From: Octopus sinensis
Lineage: Eukaryota
NCBI RefSeq assembly: GCF_006345805.1
Contig: NC_043000.1
Location: 12,152,001-12,216,000 of the forward strand
Direction of reading: 5' to 3'
Length of the DNA stretch: 64,000 bases
A model generated the notes under the pieces. It was not told the DNA's origin, ran no database searches, and saw only the letters and a program-made list of their open reading frames with translations. The translations under genes were made by a program, and so were the position numbers. Below are positions 25,245 through 38,289 of the stretch, piece by piece; position 1 is the stretch's first letter, and the number at the start of each line of letters is the position of its first letter.

Positions 25245-25540
25245 TTTGTTTGTTCTTTCTCGAGCCAAGCATGGCTCATAAGGGCCAGTTTCCCAGTTTC
25301 CTTGACGTATAGGTTCCCCACCTGGACAGGACGCTGGTCTGTTGCAGGTGAGCTGCAAGATGCAGGAGGAAAGAGTGAGAGAAAGTTGTGGTGAAAGAGT
25401 CAGCAGAAGTTCACCATTACCTTCTGCCAGAGCCACGTGGAGCTTAGGTGTTTCGCTCATAAACACACACATCGCCCGGTCTGAGTTTCGAACGTGCGAT
25501 CCCTTGACCGCGAGTCCGCTGCTCTGACCACTAGGCCATA
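25245..25540 (-). mobile_element. tRNA-derived SINE family C with TSD
   Basis: Head tggcctagtggtcagagcagcggactcgcggtc; direct repeat catattttgtgggt at 25231-25244 and 25537-25550. Confidence 0.88.
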
Positions 25541-25599
25541 TTTTGTGGGTAAGCATTTTATTTTAGATTTCTTCAGCTGAGTTGTTGGATTAGATGCTG

Positions 25600-26010
25600 T
25601 ATCATTTGGAACCTGAAGATACTGGTGCAGTAAAGAGGAGGGCTATAAGTTCCATCGCTGAAACTGCAGAGAAGGGCATTAAGTGACTTTGGATAAAGAG
25701 GGCAGACCAGAGATTTGCTAGTACTAGGATGCAAGCCAGGACCTGATCAACTCTGGTTGAGTCAACTGCGTGAGGGCTTCTGATGCTGAAAGACGTAAAA
25801 TACCCTGAAACCTCAGAAACATCATTGACAATGCATCCCATATTAAAAATATTAGCACCAGTAGAAAGCTCTTTCAAATGCAGTCACTGTATACATGACT
25901 GCCACTCCCATGTGGGCCTCTACCGCCACAGCAGATGCTGCACCGCCATCAGCAGCTGACACTTTCTTCAGGCGCAGATCCATGGTCTTGAGACCGACGA
26001 GCGCTTATTA
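25600..26010 (+). mobile_element. RTE-BovB-like ORF2 3' end, decayed
   Basis: Terminal FKCSHCIHDCHSHVGLYRHSRCC zinc-finger-like motif typical of BovB-type RTE C-termini. Confidence 0.7.
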
Positions 26011-26129
26011 TTTCTTCTAGCAGACTTTTGCTTCCTGTCTCTTGTGTGTCTTTCACTTTATTTTGAGCTTAAGTGTCCCCTAATATAGCCCTAGGGTGAC
26101 TAATGCCTAGAGAATTCTTGTAGATGGAA

Positions 26130-26480
26130 ACCACTATTATGGAGTGTTGGCCATTAATGACTTTTCTCCACTGTACTTGTCTCTGGGCTGTTTTTTCTGC
26201 TTCTTTCAGCTGGATCTCTGTTTCCTTGCAGCTTTCTTTTTGGTAGGGTTGCACTGCATCATATGTTTCCTCGAGGGAAAGCCTTCATCTCCCTGGCTTT
26301 GGTTTTGAATTGTCATCAATGGTTTTGTAACTTCACTTTTTTCTTGGTAAACCAAATTTTACTTCAGGAAAGAAGTGATCCATATTAGTCTGGCCTATAT
26401 TCTTTGATCTGTCTAACATGGGAGACCCTACCAAGCTCTTGTGTTCCACCAGCATAGCTCTTAATGTAACTGTGACACAC
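26130..26480 (-). mobile_element. RTE remnants
   Basis: EAEKTAQRQVQWRKVING resembles RTE C-termini; tctaacatgggagaccctacc resembles an RTE 5' segment. Confidence 0.5.
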
Positions 26481-26734
26481 AAACCACTACACTGAAACAA
26501 GGACAAACCCTAGTGGTGGAACCTTATGTTTGGTAAATAATTATTCTTCACATAGGTACAAGGTCAAAAAAGGTGGGAATTAGCAGAATTGCTAGAATAT
26601 ATGATAGAATGTCTTCTGGTATTTCTTCTGATTCTCTGTGACCAGAGTTCAGATCCCACAGAGATAAACTTAGCCTTTCATTCTTCCAGGAGACAATGTC
26701 ATTACATAAATACCAGTTCAGTATTAGAAGTTGT

Positions 26735-27065
26735 GAAGGCGCATGGCTCAGTGGTTAGAGCATCAAGCTTACCATCGTGAGGTTGTGAGCTCGAATCCCA
26801 GACCAGGCTGTGTGTTGTGTTCTTGAGCAAGACACTTTATTTCACGTTGCTCCAGTTCACTCAGCTGTAGAAATGAGTTGCGACATCATTGGTGCCATGC
26901 TGTATCGGCCATTGCCTTTCCCTTGGATAACACTGGTGGCGTGGAGAAGGGAGGCCAGTATGCATGGGTGACTGCTGGTCTTCCATAAACAACTTTGCCC
27001 GGACTTGTGCCTGGGAGGGTAACTTTCTCGGTGCAATCCCATGGTCTGTGTCGTGACCGAAGGAA
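26735..27065 (+). mobile_element. CORE-like tRNA SINE, family D
   Basis: gaaggcgcatggctcagtggttagagc...ctcgaatccc head; gttcttgagcaagacacttt core. Confidence 0.85.
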
Positions 27066-27119
27066 GTCTCAGATTAGAAGTTGTTCTTTCTCCATGTTTT
27101 TCTCTGGATTGTACATGTG

Positions 27120-27345
27120 AGTCACATCATAAACCACTGATGTCACACAACAAAACCAGTGATGTCACACTACAAAACCAGTGACGATATGCCATGCACC
27201 AATAATATCACACCATAAACCAGTGATGTCACATTACAAAACCAGTGATGTTAAATCACACACTGGTGATGTCACACCATAAAACAGTGATGTTATATCA
27301 CTTACTAATAATGTTGTGTCACAAACAAGTGATGTTACTCACACC
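27120..27345. repeat. ~21-22 bp minisatellite (ccagtgatgtcacactacaaaa)
   Basis: About 10 degenerate units. Confidence 0.85.
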
Positions 27346-27449
27346 ACCATTTTGAATATGTGAAAAACACATTAGACTGAAAAGGCATGAGGGTTCTGGC
27401 TGGAATGACTTTGATCTTAGGTCTTCGCAATCAAAAGTGACCTGAGGCT

Positions 27450-27492
<43 letters not shown>

Positions 27493-27840
27493 GCAACAGC
27501 AACAACCTCGCTAACTATATATAACAACAACAACCTTGCTAACTATATATAACAACAACAACCTTGCCAAATAAAACAACAGCAACAACAACAGTAATAA
27601 CAACAACAACAGCAACAACAACAACAACAACAACAACAACACCAAGGAAAACAACAGCTGCACCAACAGACAACTCTAGCTTGTCTGTATTTTTTTGTTT
27701 TATGTCATAGTAGATTAACTCACTAAGCTGAAAGCTATCGGAGGATTATCAAGAGATAATATATTTCCACTTAGTGAATTGCAACAGGGGAACAATTAGC
27801 TCAGAGGTACCAGAATAAAGGTCAATTATTATTATTATTA

Positions 27841-27888
<48 letters not shown>

Positions 27889-28313
27889 CATTATTATTAT
27901 CATTATTATTATTTTGTTTTATTTGGTTTGTTTTCATCACAGAAAAGTCTAAAACCTCTCTCTCTCTCTCACACATTCACACAGAGTTTATATATTTTCT
28001 TATGTGTATATCTAAAATATATCTGCGATTGTTGGCATATACTTATACATGCACACACATACACGCATACACACACACACGCATACACACACATGCATGT
28101 GCAAGCACGCACACATATGGCTGTGTGAGAGGCATGCTTCCCAAACATGTAGTTTGGGGTTCAATTCCACAGTGTGGTACCTTAGGCAAGGGTCTGCTAC
28201 TAGAACCCTGTGCTGACCAAAGCCTTTGTGAGTGGATTCAGTACATGGTAACTGAAAGAAGTCTTTTGTGTACAATGATATAGGTGTATGTGTGTGCATG
28301 TATGCATATATGT

Positions 28314-28353
<40 letters not shown>

Positions 28354-28470
28354 ATACATACACAAAACACATATATACACCCATGCACTGACACACACAT
28401 GCACTGACACACACATGCACTGACACACACATGCACTGACACACACATGCACTGACACACACATGCACTA

Positions 28471-28740
28471 AGTGGAGGCACATGGCCTAGTGGTTAGAGC
28501 AACGGACTCGCGGTCGAGGGATCGCGGGTTCGAATCTCAGACCAAGCGATGTGTGTGTTTATGAGCGAAACACCTAGGCTCAATGTGGCTCCGGCAGAAG
28601 GTAACTTCTGCTGACTCTTTCGCCACAACTTTCTCTCACTCTTTCCTCCTGCATCTTGCAGCTCACCTGCGACGGACCGGCGTCCCATCCATTTGGGGAA
28701 CCTATACGCCAAGGAAACGGAGAAACCGGCCCTATGGCAA
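28471..28740 (+). mobile_element. SINE family C
   Basis: ggaggcacatggcctagtggttagagcaacggactcgcggtcg...gggttcgaatctc. Confidence 0.85.
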
Positions 28741-29043
28741 TAACGGCGGCACTAACTACATATAAATACATTACTGCTCTGTGGTTCATTTTTGGATATA
28801 TGGTACACTGTATATAATTCCATAAAAAGCAGTTTTGCTGGTGGCACATATAAAGAACTTGCACTGGTGTCACGTAAAAAGCACCCAGGACACTTTGTAA
28901 AGTGGTTGGTGTTAGGACAGGCATCCAACTATAGAAACCAAGCCAAAACTGACTATGAGACCTGGTGCAGCCTCTGGCTTTGCCAGCTTCTGTAAGACCA
29001 TCCAACCCATGCCAGCATGAAAAACAGATGTTAAATGATGATA

Positions 29044-29102
<59 letters not shown>

Positions 29103-29457
29103 CCGTGTTGTGTGTTGTGTGTGTGTGTGTGTGTGCATGTGTGTGTGCGTACACATATATATATGATAACAGAGGCAGCTATATGCAATATAAAACCAAA
29201 ATTGAAAAATTCAATTGTCACTAATTGTAACTGAGGATGGCCGTGTACCACCTATATTGCTAAAAGTAAGAGTTGAAATCCCTTAGAGCTGCAAGAAAGC
29301 ACATTTTCATATATTGACAGGGGAGATAACTGTCCCACAGCAAGCAAGATCACTATACCAAAAGTGACTACTCCATCGCTGGATGGTTTGGCTAAATCCT
29401 AACTGTCAGTATATATATTTACTATATGAATCTCTCTCTCTCTCTCTCTCAATATAT

Positions 29458-29533
<76 letters not shown>

Positions 29534-30603
29534 GATTCAAATGAGTTCAAAATAACTTAAAGAATATTCTTCAGTCATAAGATAAACTCTACTACCTTAA
29601 TGTTCTTAAAATTCAAATCGACATCTTTGTCTATATATCTACCTTCTCTATAATGTTATTAATTAGTATGAAAATTATGTATTAATGGAAAACCTCTATA
29701 AATGGCTGATGATTGCTCAACATTTTAAAACTGTTGTAATACTTACAATATTTAATAAAATGATGTAGCATGAAACGATCGTACCAAATTTCCTCAAATA
29801 TTCTTGTTGCTTATTTTGAGTATATATATTATATATATATATACTCACACATATAAACATACAGACATAAATATACATGTCACCAGTCATTATCATTATC
29901 TTCATTGTTTTAATATCTGCTTTTGCTTTGTCCATGCTGGTGACTTAAGTCAGATAATACTACGTTGTATTACTATTTGTCCTACAGCTGGATGCTCTTC
30001 ACGTCACCAACCCCCATCTTTGTTTCAAAGTAAGATACTTATTCTGTTGGCCTTTTGCATGACGAGCACCACAACAACGGACATGTTTTTTCACAGCTGG
30101 CTGAAACAACGACATCACTGAAATAGTAGTAATATTATTTTACGCTTCAAGCTCACAAACAATAGGAAGACACAAATATATAGAGACACACATTCATGCA
30201 TACAGACATATATATATATTATATATATAATATATAATATATATATATATTATATATATATTATATATATATTATATATATATATCTAATATATATACAT
30301 ATATATTATATATATATATTAATATATATATATATATATATATATACACATGTATTTTATGTCCTCGCCCTCCGCTCATACCACACATGAAAGTTTCTGT
30401 CTGGCAATTTCATTGACAATGGAGGGGGAATATATCATCACAATGAAAACTGGTCTAAATCAAACTAGAGGCTTCAAATAACCAGGTGGTGGTGGTGGTG
30501 TTAAGCTGGGGGGGGGGAGAAAGATTAAGTCTGCCCCCTATATATGTGTGTGCATATTTGTGTGTGCGTGCATACATGTATGTATATTATATATATATAT
30601 ATC

Positions 30604-30656
<53 letters not shown>

Positions 30657-30878
30657 TGTATGTATGTATGTATGTATGTATATATATATATATAATCTTT
30701 TATTCTTTCCTTTGTTTTAGTCATTTGACTGTGGCTATGCTGGAGCACCACTATAAAGGGATTTTCTTTTAAGTCGAAGAATTCAACCCCAGGGCTTATT
30801 CATTGTAAGCCTAGTACTTATTTTATTGCTTTCTTTTGGTAAACCACTAACAAACACAGACACATATACATAAAACAT

Positions 30879-30911
<33 letters not shown>

Positions 30912-30934
30912 TATATATTATATATATATATATA

Positions 30935-31195
30935 TATATCACCGTGATCACCGTGACCGATCAGGTTATCAGATCTTGCTACACAGTGTTGGTCACAATG
31001 TGCTTCACATTGTTTTAGCCTTCAAATGACGCCACCCTGCTGGCTAAGCGAGCAGGCCAACAGAAGAAAGAAGGAGCCTCGTGGAGCTTTAGGTGTTTTC
31101 ACTCAATAAACACTCACAACGCCCAGTCTGGGAATCAAAACGCGATCCTACGACCGCGAGTCCGCCGCCCTAACCACTGGGCCATTGCACCTCTA
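30935..31195 (-). mobile_element. SINE family C, internally deleted
   Basis: Reverse complement head ...gagtccgccgccctaaccactgggccattgcacctc. Confidence 0.8.
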
Positions 31196-31403
31196 CATAT
31201 GTATATATATATATATATATATATTATAATAAATATTAGGGAATATATCCAAATTTACAGGGAAAAAAAATCAGATTTAGGATTAAATCCAATTTTATAG
31301 TAAAATATTATAAAATATTAATTGAGACAAAACCACTATTTTGCAAAACAAACAAGGAAAGACTTAATCAATACATAAAATTTAATAATAGTCAAAAAAA
31401 CCG

Positions 31404-31446
31404 CCACTACAATCGTTTCTTGTCTTGATCGACAATCTTCAGGTGG
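31404..31446 (-). ncRNA. Minimal type I hammerhead ribozyme with complete core
   Basis: CCAC CUGAAGA UUGUC-gaucaa-GACAA GAAA C-gauu-G UA GUGG; all three stems pair. Confidence 0.8.
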
Positions 31447-31979
31447 ACTTCCAATCTAAAAAAATCAAAATTTTAAAATATAAAAATAATATTTTAAATA
31501 ATTAAAGTATAATTGAAAAAATATATAAGTATATAATCCATATATAACACTATATATAATCCATATCGAAAATATAGACTAATTACCACGAATTCCCTAA
31601 AAAAACCATGATAAAACAACTCTTAAAACATATAACGATAAAATCCCTTTGCTAAACTCTATAACAAACCTATAAAGTAAACCCCCTAACCTAAACATTC
31701 ACCACAAATACACACACGTAAACCACAGACTCACGACTTATACACATACCTATACTAACTTATAAACCTCATATACACCAAAACCCACTCCCTCCCGCAC
31801 ACAGAACAATTAACACATACATCCCAAAACCTAAATAACAAACCCATATACACATTCACAACACACAACAAAACACACACTCACACGCCAAACACTCACA
31901 CACAAAAGATACATATACTCCCTCACATATACGCCTATACAGTTGTCAAGCGATGTTGGCAAGGACAATCACAGATACA

Positions 31980-32027
<48 letters not shown>

Positions 32028-32529
32028 CACACACACGTATATATATATACGACAGGCTTCTTTCAGTTTCCGTCTACAAAATCCACTCACAAGGCTTCAG
32101 CTGTAAAATACCATGCTAAAACTGACCTTGCCTATGCTCATGCTACGTAAAAAACACTCAATCCACTCTGTTGGGTGGCTGGTGTTAGGAAGGGCATCCA
32201 GCCATAAATCCCATGCCAAAACGGACACAGAAACATGGTGCATTCGTCTGTCTAGCCAGCTCCTGTCAAACCTTGTAATTCATACCAGCATGAAAGGCAG
32301 ACCTTAAATGATGATGATGATGATGATGATGTATGTATGTATACACATACACACACACACACACACACACGCATACACACATATGTGTATTTATATATAT
32401 GTGTGTGTGTATATATATATAATATATAGTTAATCCAGACATGAAAACACAAAGAGAAAACACAACAACGCGAGGACGTGGAACAAATATAGTATTATTG
32501 GACGCTCAGGAAGGAAGGGAAGAAGGAGG

Positions 32530-32564
32530 GTTTAATGTTTCGAGCGGAGCTCTTCATCAGAAAC
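32530..32564 (-). ncRNA. Hammerhead-like motif in Penelope-like terminal repeat
   Basis: GUUU CUGAUGA a GAGC-ucc-GCUC GAAA cauu AAAC. Confidence 0.6.
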
Positions 32565-33369
32565 ATAGGAAAAGGAAAGATCCAGAGAAGGGAAGACGGA
32601 GGAAAAAAAATTGCCAACGGTACACACGCGGTCGGGTATTACTGTTCATAAATGCCTCATACTAGGAGGGACTCTTAATGTCAAAACTACCATAATAAAC
32701 CTACAAGTAAATATATTTAAAGGGAATAATTTATAAATTTTTCCCTTATGAGGCTTTTCACACTAACTACTTGATAAATTCTTATAAAGATTTTATTCTA
32801 TTTTAAAATTGTATATATATATATATTAGAAGGTTTGGAGATGATGTACAGGTATTTTATATTAGAAGAAATGAGGTACTCAGAAATCTGGATGGTTCTA
32901 TATTTACAGATATTTATTAGTATGTTACATGTTTTTATAAATCATATATCATATATTAGCGCTTTCATCCACTTTAGTGGAGTTTTCAAATTGAACTAAT
33001 TTTTGCAGGAATTTTGACTCATTTATAGTATTATTGAGTGTGTAGGGGTGGGGAGAGATATAAGATAGTACAAGAGGGTGAAGAATGGGGAGAAAGTGAG
33101 ATAGAGCATGTGTGTGTGTGTGTGCGTTCGTGTTTTTGTATCTGAAAGGGTGTTAAAGAAAAAGAAGGAAAGGAAGGAGAGAAAGAAGAAAAAAATTGTT
33201 GCTATCTTTGCAGCTGGTCAGTCTGTCAACAATAAGTGATTCTTGGTTTTTAGCAATGGCAAATCCAGCTTGTCACTCCAAGGGAGGCAAAATGTCACTT
33301 TTCAAAAAATTGTCTGGATTTCCCTTTTATCATTGAAAATTGATTTATGATTTGTTGGATACCCTAGAG

Positions 33370-33669
33370 CGGTGCTTCTCAAACTATCTGATGTGGCATA
33401 CCGGCAGTTTTTTTTTCCAGTGTGCCTGGGACCTGTAATATTTCTTCATAATATTAATTTATACCGGAATCAATATATATAATGAATATAATAAAAGTTG
33501 ACAATTTTTAAAATCTTATATTTATTTTGTAAACAAATAATACAATATTACATGAGCATTTTATAAGCAATTTATGATGTTTCTTTCTTTTCTGGAATCT
33601 CGTCGCATACCGGCAGCTGATGGCTTGCAGACCAGCACCGGTCTGCAGACCACCATTTTAGCAGCACTG
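33370..33669. mobile_element. hAT (Charlie/MER5-like) MITE
   Basis: cggtgcttctcaaact...agcagcactg; 8-bp TSD ccctagag at 33362-33369 and 33670-33677. Confidence 0.9.
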
Positions 33670-34042
33670 CCCTAGAGAATACCAACACCGTATAATTCAA
33701 CATGACGCATGCTTTGGCCCAGCTTTTAGGCACTGAATACTCATAAGGCTGGTTTTCTCTGTGTACACACTGGAATATCCTATTTGATACTTATCAACCA
33801 CAGATTTATCCAACCCTACCTGGTGCATATCTTTTCAAGTACCTGATTCTATCGGGATCCTTATTTTACTATATATATATATAATTAATTATATCAGGAT
33901 AAGAAAAATTTTAGAAATTTTTACTACTAGTGGCCTAACGTATAGAAAAATTAGTCAATAGACTATATATTATTCATATAAATACAGTGTACATTTAAAA
34001 ACATAAGAGGTATCCTATGATTGCTACCTCTTATGTGTTTAA

Positions 34043-34262
34043 CCCTTTTGTTACTAACCCGGCCAAAATCGGCTCTGGTTCTGTGGTGCAATGTCCTGCT
34101 TTCATAAGTTTTGAATTAAAATCTTCCACCAAGCCTTAGTCACAATTTACGTTCCTAACACTAGCTGAATGATAACTAAGTTATTTTACTAAATTCTTTG
34201 TTATATTTAAAATAATTGAAAGAAACACAGAGCATCTCAAAATAAATACAGTAACAAAAGGG
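34043..34262. mobile_element. TTAA-flanked (piggyBac-type) MITE
   Basis: Perfect 12-bp TIR cccttttgttac / gtaacaaaaggg, TTAA on both sides; inverted sister copy at 53870-54091. Confidence 0.9.
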
Positions 34263-34284
34263 TTAAATGTACACTGTATTTATA

Positions 34285-35773
34285 TATCATCATCATCATC
34301 ATCATCATCGTTTAACGTCCGTTTTCCGCGCTAGCACGGGTTGGACGGTTCGACCGGGGTCTGGGAAGCCAGGGGTCGCTCCAGGCTCCAGTCTGATCTG
34401 GCAGAGTTTCTACGGCTGGATGCCCTTCCTAACGTCAACCACTCCATGAGTGGAGTGGGTGCTTTTTACGTGCCACCTGCACAGGGGCCGGGGGGTCCGG
34501 CATCGGTCACAATCGGTTCGAGCTTTTAACGTGCCAGCGGCACGGGGGCAACGGGATCCGGGGTACTTTGGGGATCCGGGGTACTTTGAATGGGTAGGGG
34601 GTATGTGGAATTGCTGCAGAAAGCAGCCCGGGTCTTTGCAGTCACAGCATATCTCCAGAGATCTCGGTCCTTCGCCATTGCCTCAGTGAGGCCTAATGCT
34701 CTGAGGTCATGCTTGACTACCTCGTCCCATGTCTTCCTGGGTCTACCTCTCCCCCTGATACCTTCAACTGTTTGGGAGTGGCACTTCTTCACACATCTCT
34801 CTTCATCCATCCGCAGCACATGACCATACCATCGCAAGCGTCGCTCTTGCACACCACATCTGATGCTTCTTATATCCAGCATTTCTCTCAGGATGCTTAC
34901 ACTCTGTCTTGCGTGCACACTGACACTACACATCCAGTGGATCATGCTAGCTTCATTTCTTTCAAGTCTACGCATGTCCTCTGCAGTCACAGCCCATGTT
35001 TCATTACCGTGAAGCATGGCAGTTCACACACACATGCATCATACAATCTACCTTTCGCTCTGAGGGAGAGACCTTTTTTTGCCAGTAGGGGTAGGAGCTT
35101 TCTGAACTTTGCCCAGGCTATTCGTATTCTAGTGGTGATACTCTCTGTGCATCCACCTCCGCTACTAACTTGGTCACCCAGGTAGTGGAACTATCAACTA
35201 CTTCTAGTTTCTCTCCCTGGAGTGTGATGGAATCTGTTTTCTGAGTGTCTGTTGTGTCTATTGTCCCTGTGCATCTGCCGCACATGAAAGCTATCTTATC
35301 TGTTAATTTCCCTTTAATGTTGCTGCACCTCTTATGTGTCCATAGCTTACATTGGGTGCATCTTATGGAGTTTCTACCTGTACCTTTCCTACAGATTGAG
35401 CAGGGCCACCTACCCGAGGGGATGTGTGCTGTGTACCTCTTGTTGCTTACTAATACTTTGGTCTTTGCTACATTTATTCTAAGGCCCTTTGATTCTAACC
35501 CTTGCTTCCACACCCGAAATTTCTTTTCTAGTTCCGGTAGTGATTCTGCTATGAGAGCTAGGTCATCGGCATAGAGGAGCTCCCAGGGGCATCCTGTTTT
35601 GAATTCCTCTGTTATTGCCTGAAGGACTATGATGAATAAAAGGGGACTGAGGGCTGAGCCCTGGTGCACACCTACTTCTACCCGGAATTCTTCACTATAT
35701 TCGTTGCCAATCCTAACCTTGCTGACAGCCTCTCTGTATAGAGCCTGTACAGCCCTTATTAGCCATTCGTCAA
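34285..35773 (-). mobile_element. 5'-truncated RTE LINE (RT 3' half, PHD-type finger, C-terminus, 3' UTR, tail)
   Basis: GVHQGSALSPLLF, LLYADDL, RRLRWYGHV, RGRGRPRKTW; (TA)n at both ends. Confidence 0.96.
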
Positions 35774-36084
35774 TCTCCATATATATATATATATATATAA
35801 TATATATATATATGTATGTGTACATATGTGTGTGTGGGGGTGTTTACCCCCACCATTGCTTGACAACCGATGCTGGTATGTTTATCTCCCTGTAACTTAG
35901 TGGTTCAGCAAAAGACAGAATGATAGAATAAGTACTAGGTTTACGAAGAATAAGTTTTGGGGTTGATTTCTTTGATTTGGAGGTTAATTTCTTTAAATCC
36001 TTTTAAGGTGGTGTTCCAGTGTGGTTGTAGTCAAATGACTGAAACAAGTAAAAGAATAGAAGAATATATATATATATATATATC

Positions 36085-36109
<25 letters not shown>

Positions 36110-36115
<6 letters not shown>

Positions 36116-36425
36116 CACCGTGATCACCGTGACCAACCAGGGTATCAGAAGTTGCTACACATCTCTGTTCACAATGTGCTTCGCATGGTTTCAGCCATCA
36201 AATGATTCCACCCCACGGGCTAAGCGAGCAGGCCAACAGAAGAAAAAGTGAGAGAAAGTTGTGGTGAAAGAGTACAGCAGGGATCACCACCACCCCCTGC
36301 TGGAACTTCGTAGAGCTTTAGGTGTTTTCGCTCAATAAACACTTATAGCGCCTCGTCTAGGAATTGAAACCGCAATCCTATGACCATGAGTCCGCTGCCC
36401 TAACCACTGGGCCATTGTGCCTCCA
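36110..36425 (-). mobile_element. SINE family C
   Basis: Same pattern as 30935-31195 and 51442-51829. Confidence 0.82.
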
Positions 36426-36769
36426 CATATATATATATACATATGTGTATGTGTGTGTGTGTGTGTATCAACATGATGATGATCATCAATAGCAGCATCG
36501 TTTAACATCCACTCTTCCCTGCTTGTATGGGTCAGACAGAAATTTAAAGGTGGAATTTTCTATGAGCTGATGCCCTTCCTGTTGTCACCCCTATCACCTG
36601 TTCCTGAATAAGTTAATATCTCCCCATGACAGAAATGTCTTAGAAGGTTAGAGACAAAGAACAATGCTTGCATGACAGTGATACTTGCTTTACAATGATC
36701 ACACAATGTCAACGTAAGGAGAAAGTAACACATACATATATAAACTTGCACACATATGTATATATATAT

Positions 36770-37170
36770 AGGCGCAGGAGTGGCAGTGTGGTTAGTCGCT
36801 TGCTTACCAACTACATGGTTCCAGGTTCAGTCCCACTGTGTGGAACCTTGGGCAAGTGTCTTCTACTATAGCCTCAGGCCGACCAAAGCGTCGTGAATGG
36901 ATTTGATAGACAGAAACTGAAAAAAGCCCATCGTATAAATATATATATGTATGTATGTATGTATATGTATGTATTTATGTGTGTATCCCCCCCCCCAACA
37001 TCACTTGACAACCGATACTGGTGTGTTTACATCCCCATAAGTTAGCAGTTCGGTAACAGAGACTGATATAATAAGTGCTAGGTTACAAAGAATAAGTCCT
37101 GCGGGGGTCGATTTGCTCGATTAAAGGCAGTGCTCCAGCATGGCTGCTGTCAAATGACTGAAACAAATAA
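36770..37170 (+). mobile_element. SINE family A
   Basis: ggcgcaggagtggcagtgtgg...aaatgactgaaacaaataaaag. Confidence 0.85.
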
Positions 37171-37219
37171 AAGAATAAAAGAATGCACCCTCACACATGT
37201 GAGGGTGTATGGTCTAGTG

Positions 37220-38289
37220 CAGTGATTCCCAATGTGGGGCATATACCCACTAGTGGGGCTTGGAAAATTTGTAGTGGGGCATGGTATCCAAAATTTCTTT
37301 TTCTTCTTAAGTGGGGACATGAAATTGTGAAAAGCATTTTTTTTTCACAGCAAACATACTACACCTATACTCAACCTAGCCAAACCAATCCCTCCAGCCA
37401 AGCAAACCGTCTGAAGACTGTTTGCTACAGTATAGCGCTGTTCTAATACTACAGCTGAAGCTAATGAAATTGTCTCCTCAAATCAAGGAAATCTGCCACA
37501 GTCGCCAGGCATAAAGTCCTCATTAAAGAGATTCACTTTTTTATCTTAGTCAATAATGTACTTTCTTTTGGTACTCAGAGTCACTGGTAGATTCTTTTGT
37601 ATCAAATAACTATGATAGAATATTCTTTTCCACTCTAGGCACAAGGCCTGAAATTTTTGGGGAGAGGTCCAGTCAATTAGATCGACCCCGGAATTTGAAC
37701 TCAGAACATAAAAACAGATGAAATACCGCTAAGCATTTCGCCTGGCATGCAAACATTTCTTATTTCTTTATTACCCACAAAGGGCTAAACATAGAGGGGA
37801 CAAACAAGGACAGACAAAGGGAGTAAGTCGATTACATCAACCCCAGTTCGAAACTGGTACTTAATTTATCGAACCCGAAAGGATGAAAGGCAAAGTCGAC
37901 CTCGGCAGAATTTGAAATCAGAATGTAAAGACAGACGAAATACCTATTTCTTTACTGCCCACAAGGGGCTAAACACAGAGGGGACAAACAAGGACAGACA
38001 AACGGATTAAGTCGATTACATCAACCCCAGTGCATAACTGGTACTTAATTTATCGACCCCGGAAGGATGAAAGGCAAAGTCGACCTCGGCGGAATTTGAA
38101 CTCGGAACGTAACGGCAGACGAAATACGGCTACGCATTTCGCCCAGTGTGCTAACGTTTCTGCCAGCTCACCACCTAACTGTAATAGAATATTAAAAATA
38201 AAATCTGTTTTTCAAACCACCAGTGGGGCATGAATTTTTCTGGAAAGCAATTGTAGGGGCCTTGGGGAGAAAAAGGTTGGGAAACACTG
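37220..38289. mobile_element. hAT non-autonomous element containing nested family B SINEs
   Basis: cagtgattccca...tgggaaacactg; TSD gtctagtg at 37212-37219 and 38290-38297; SINE B copies at ~37620-38175. Confidence 0.88.
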
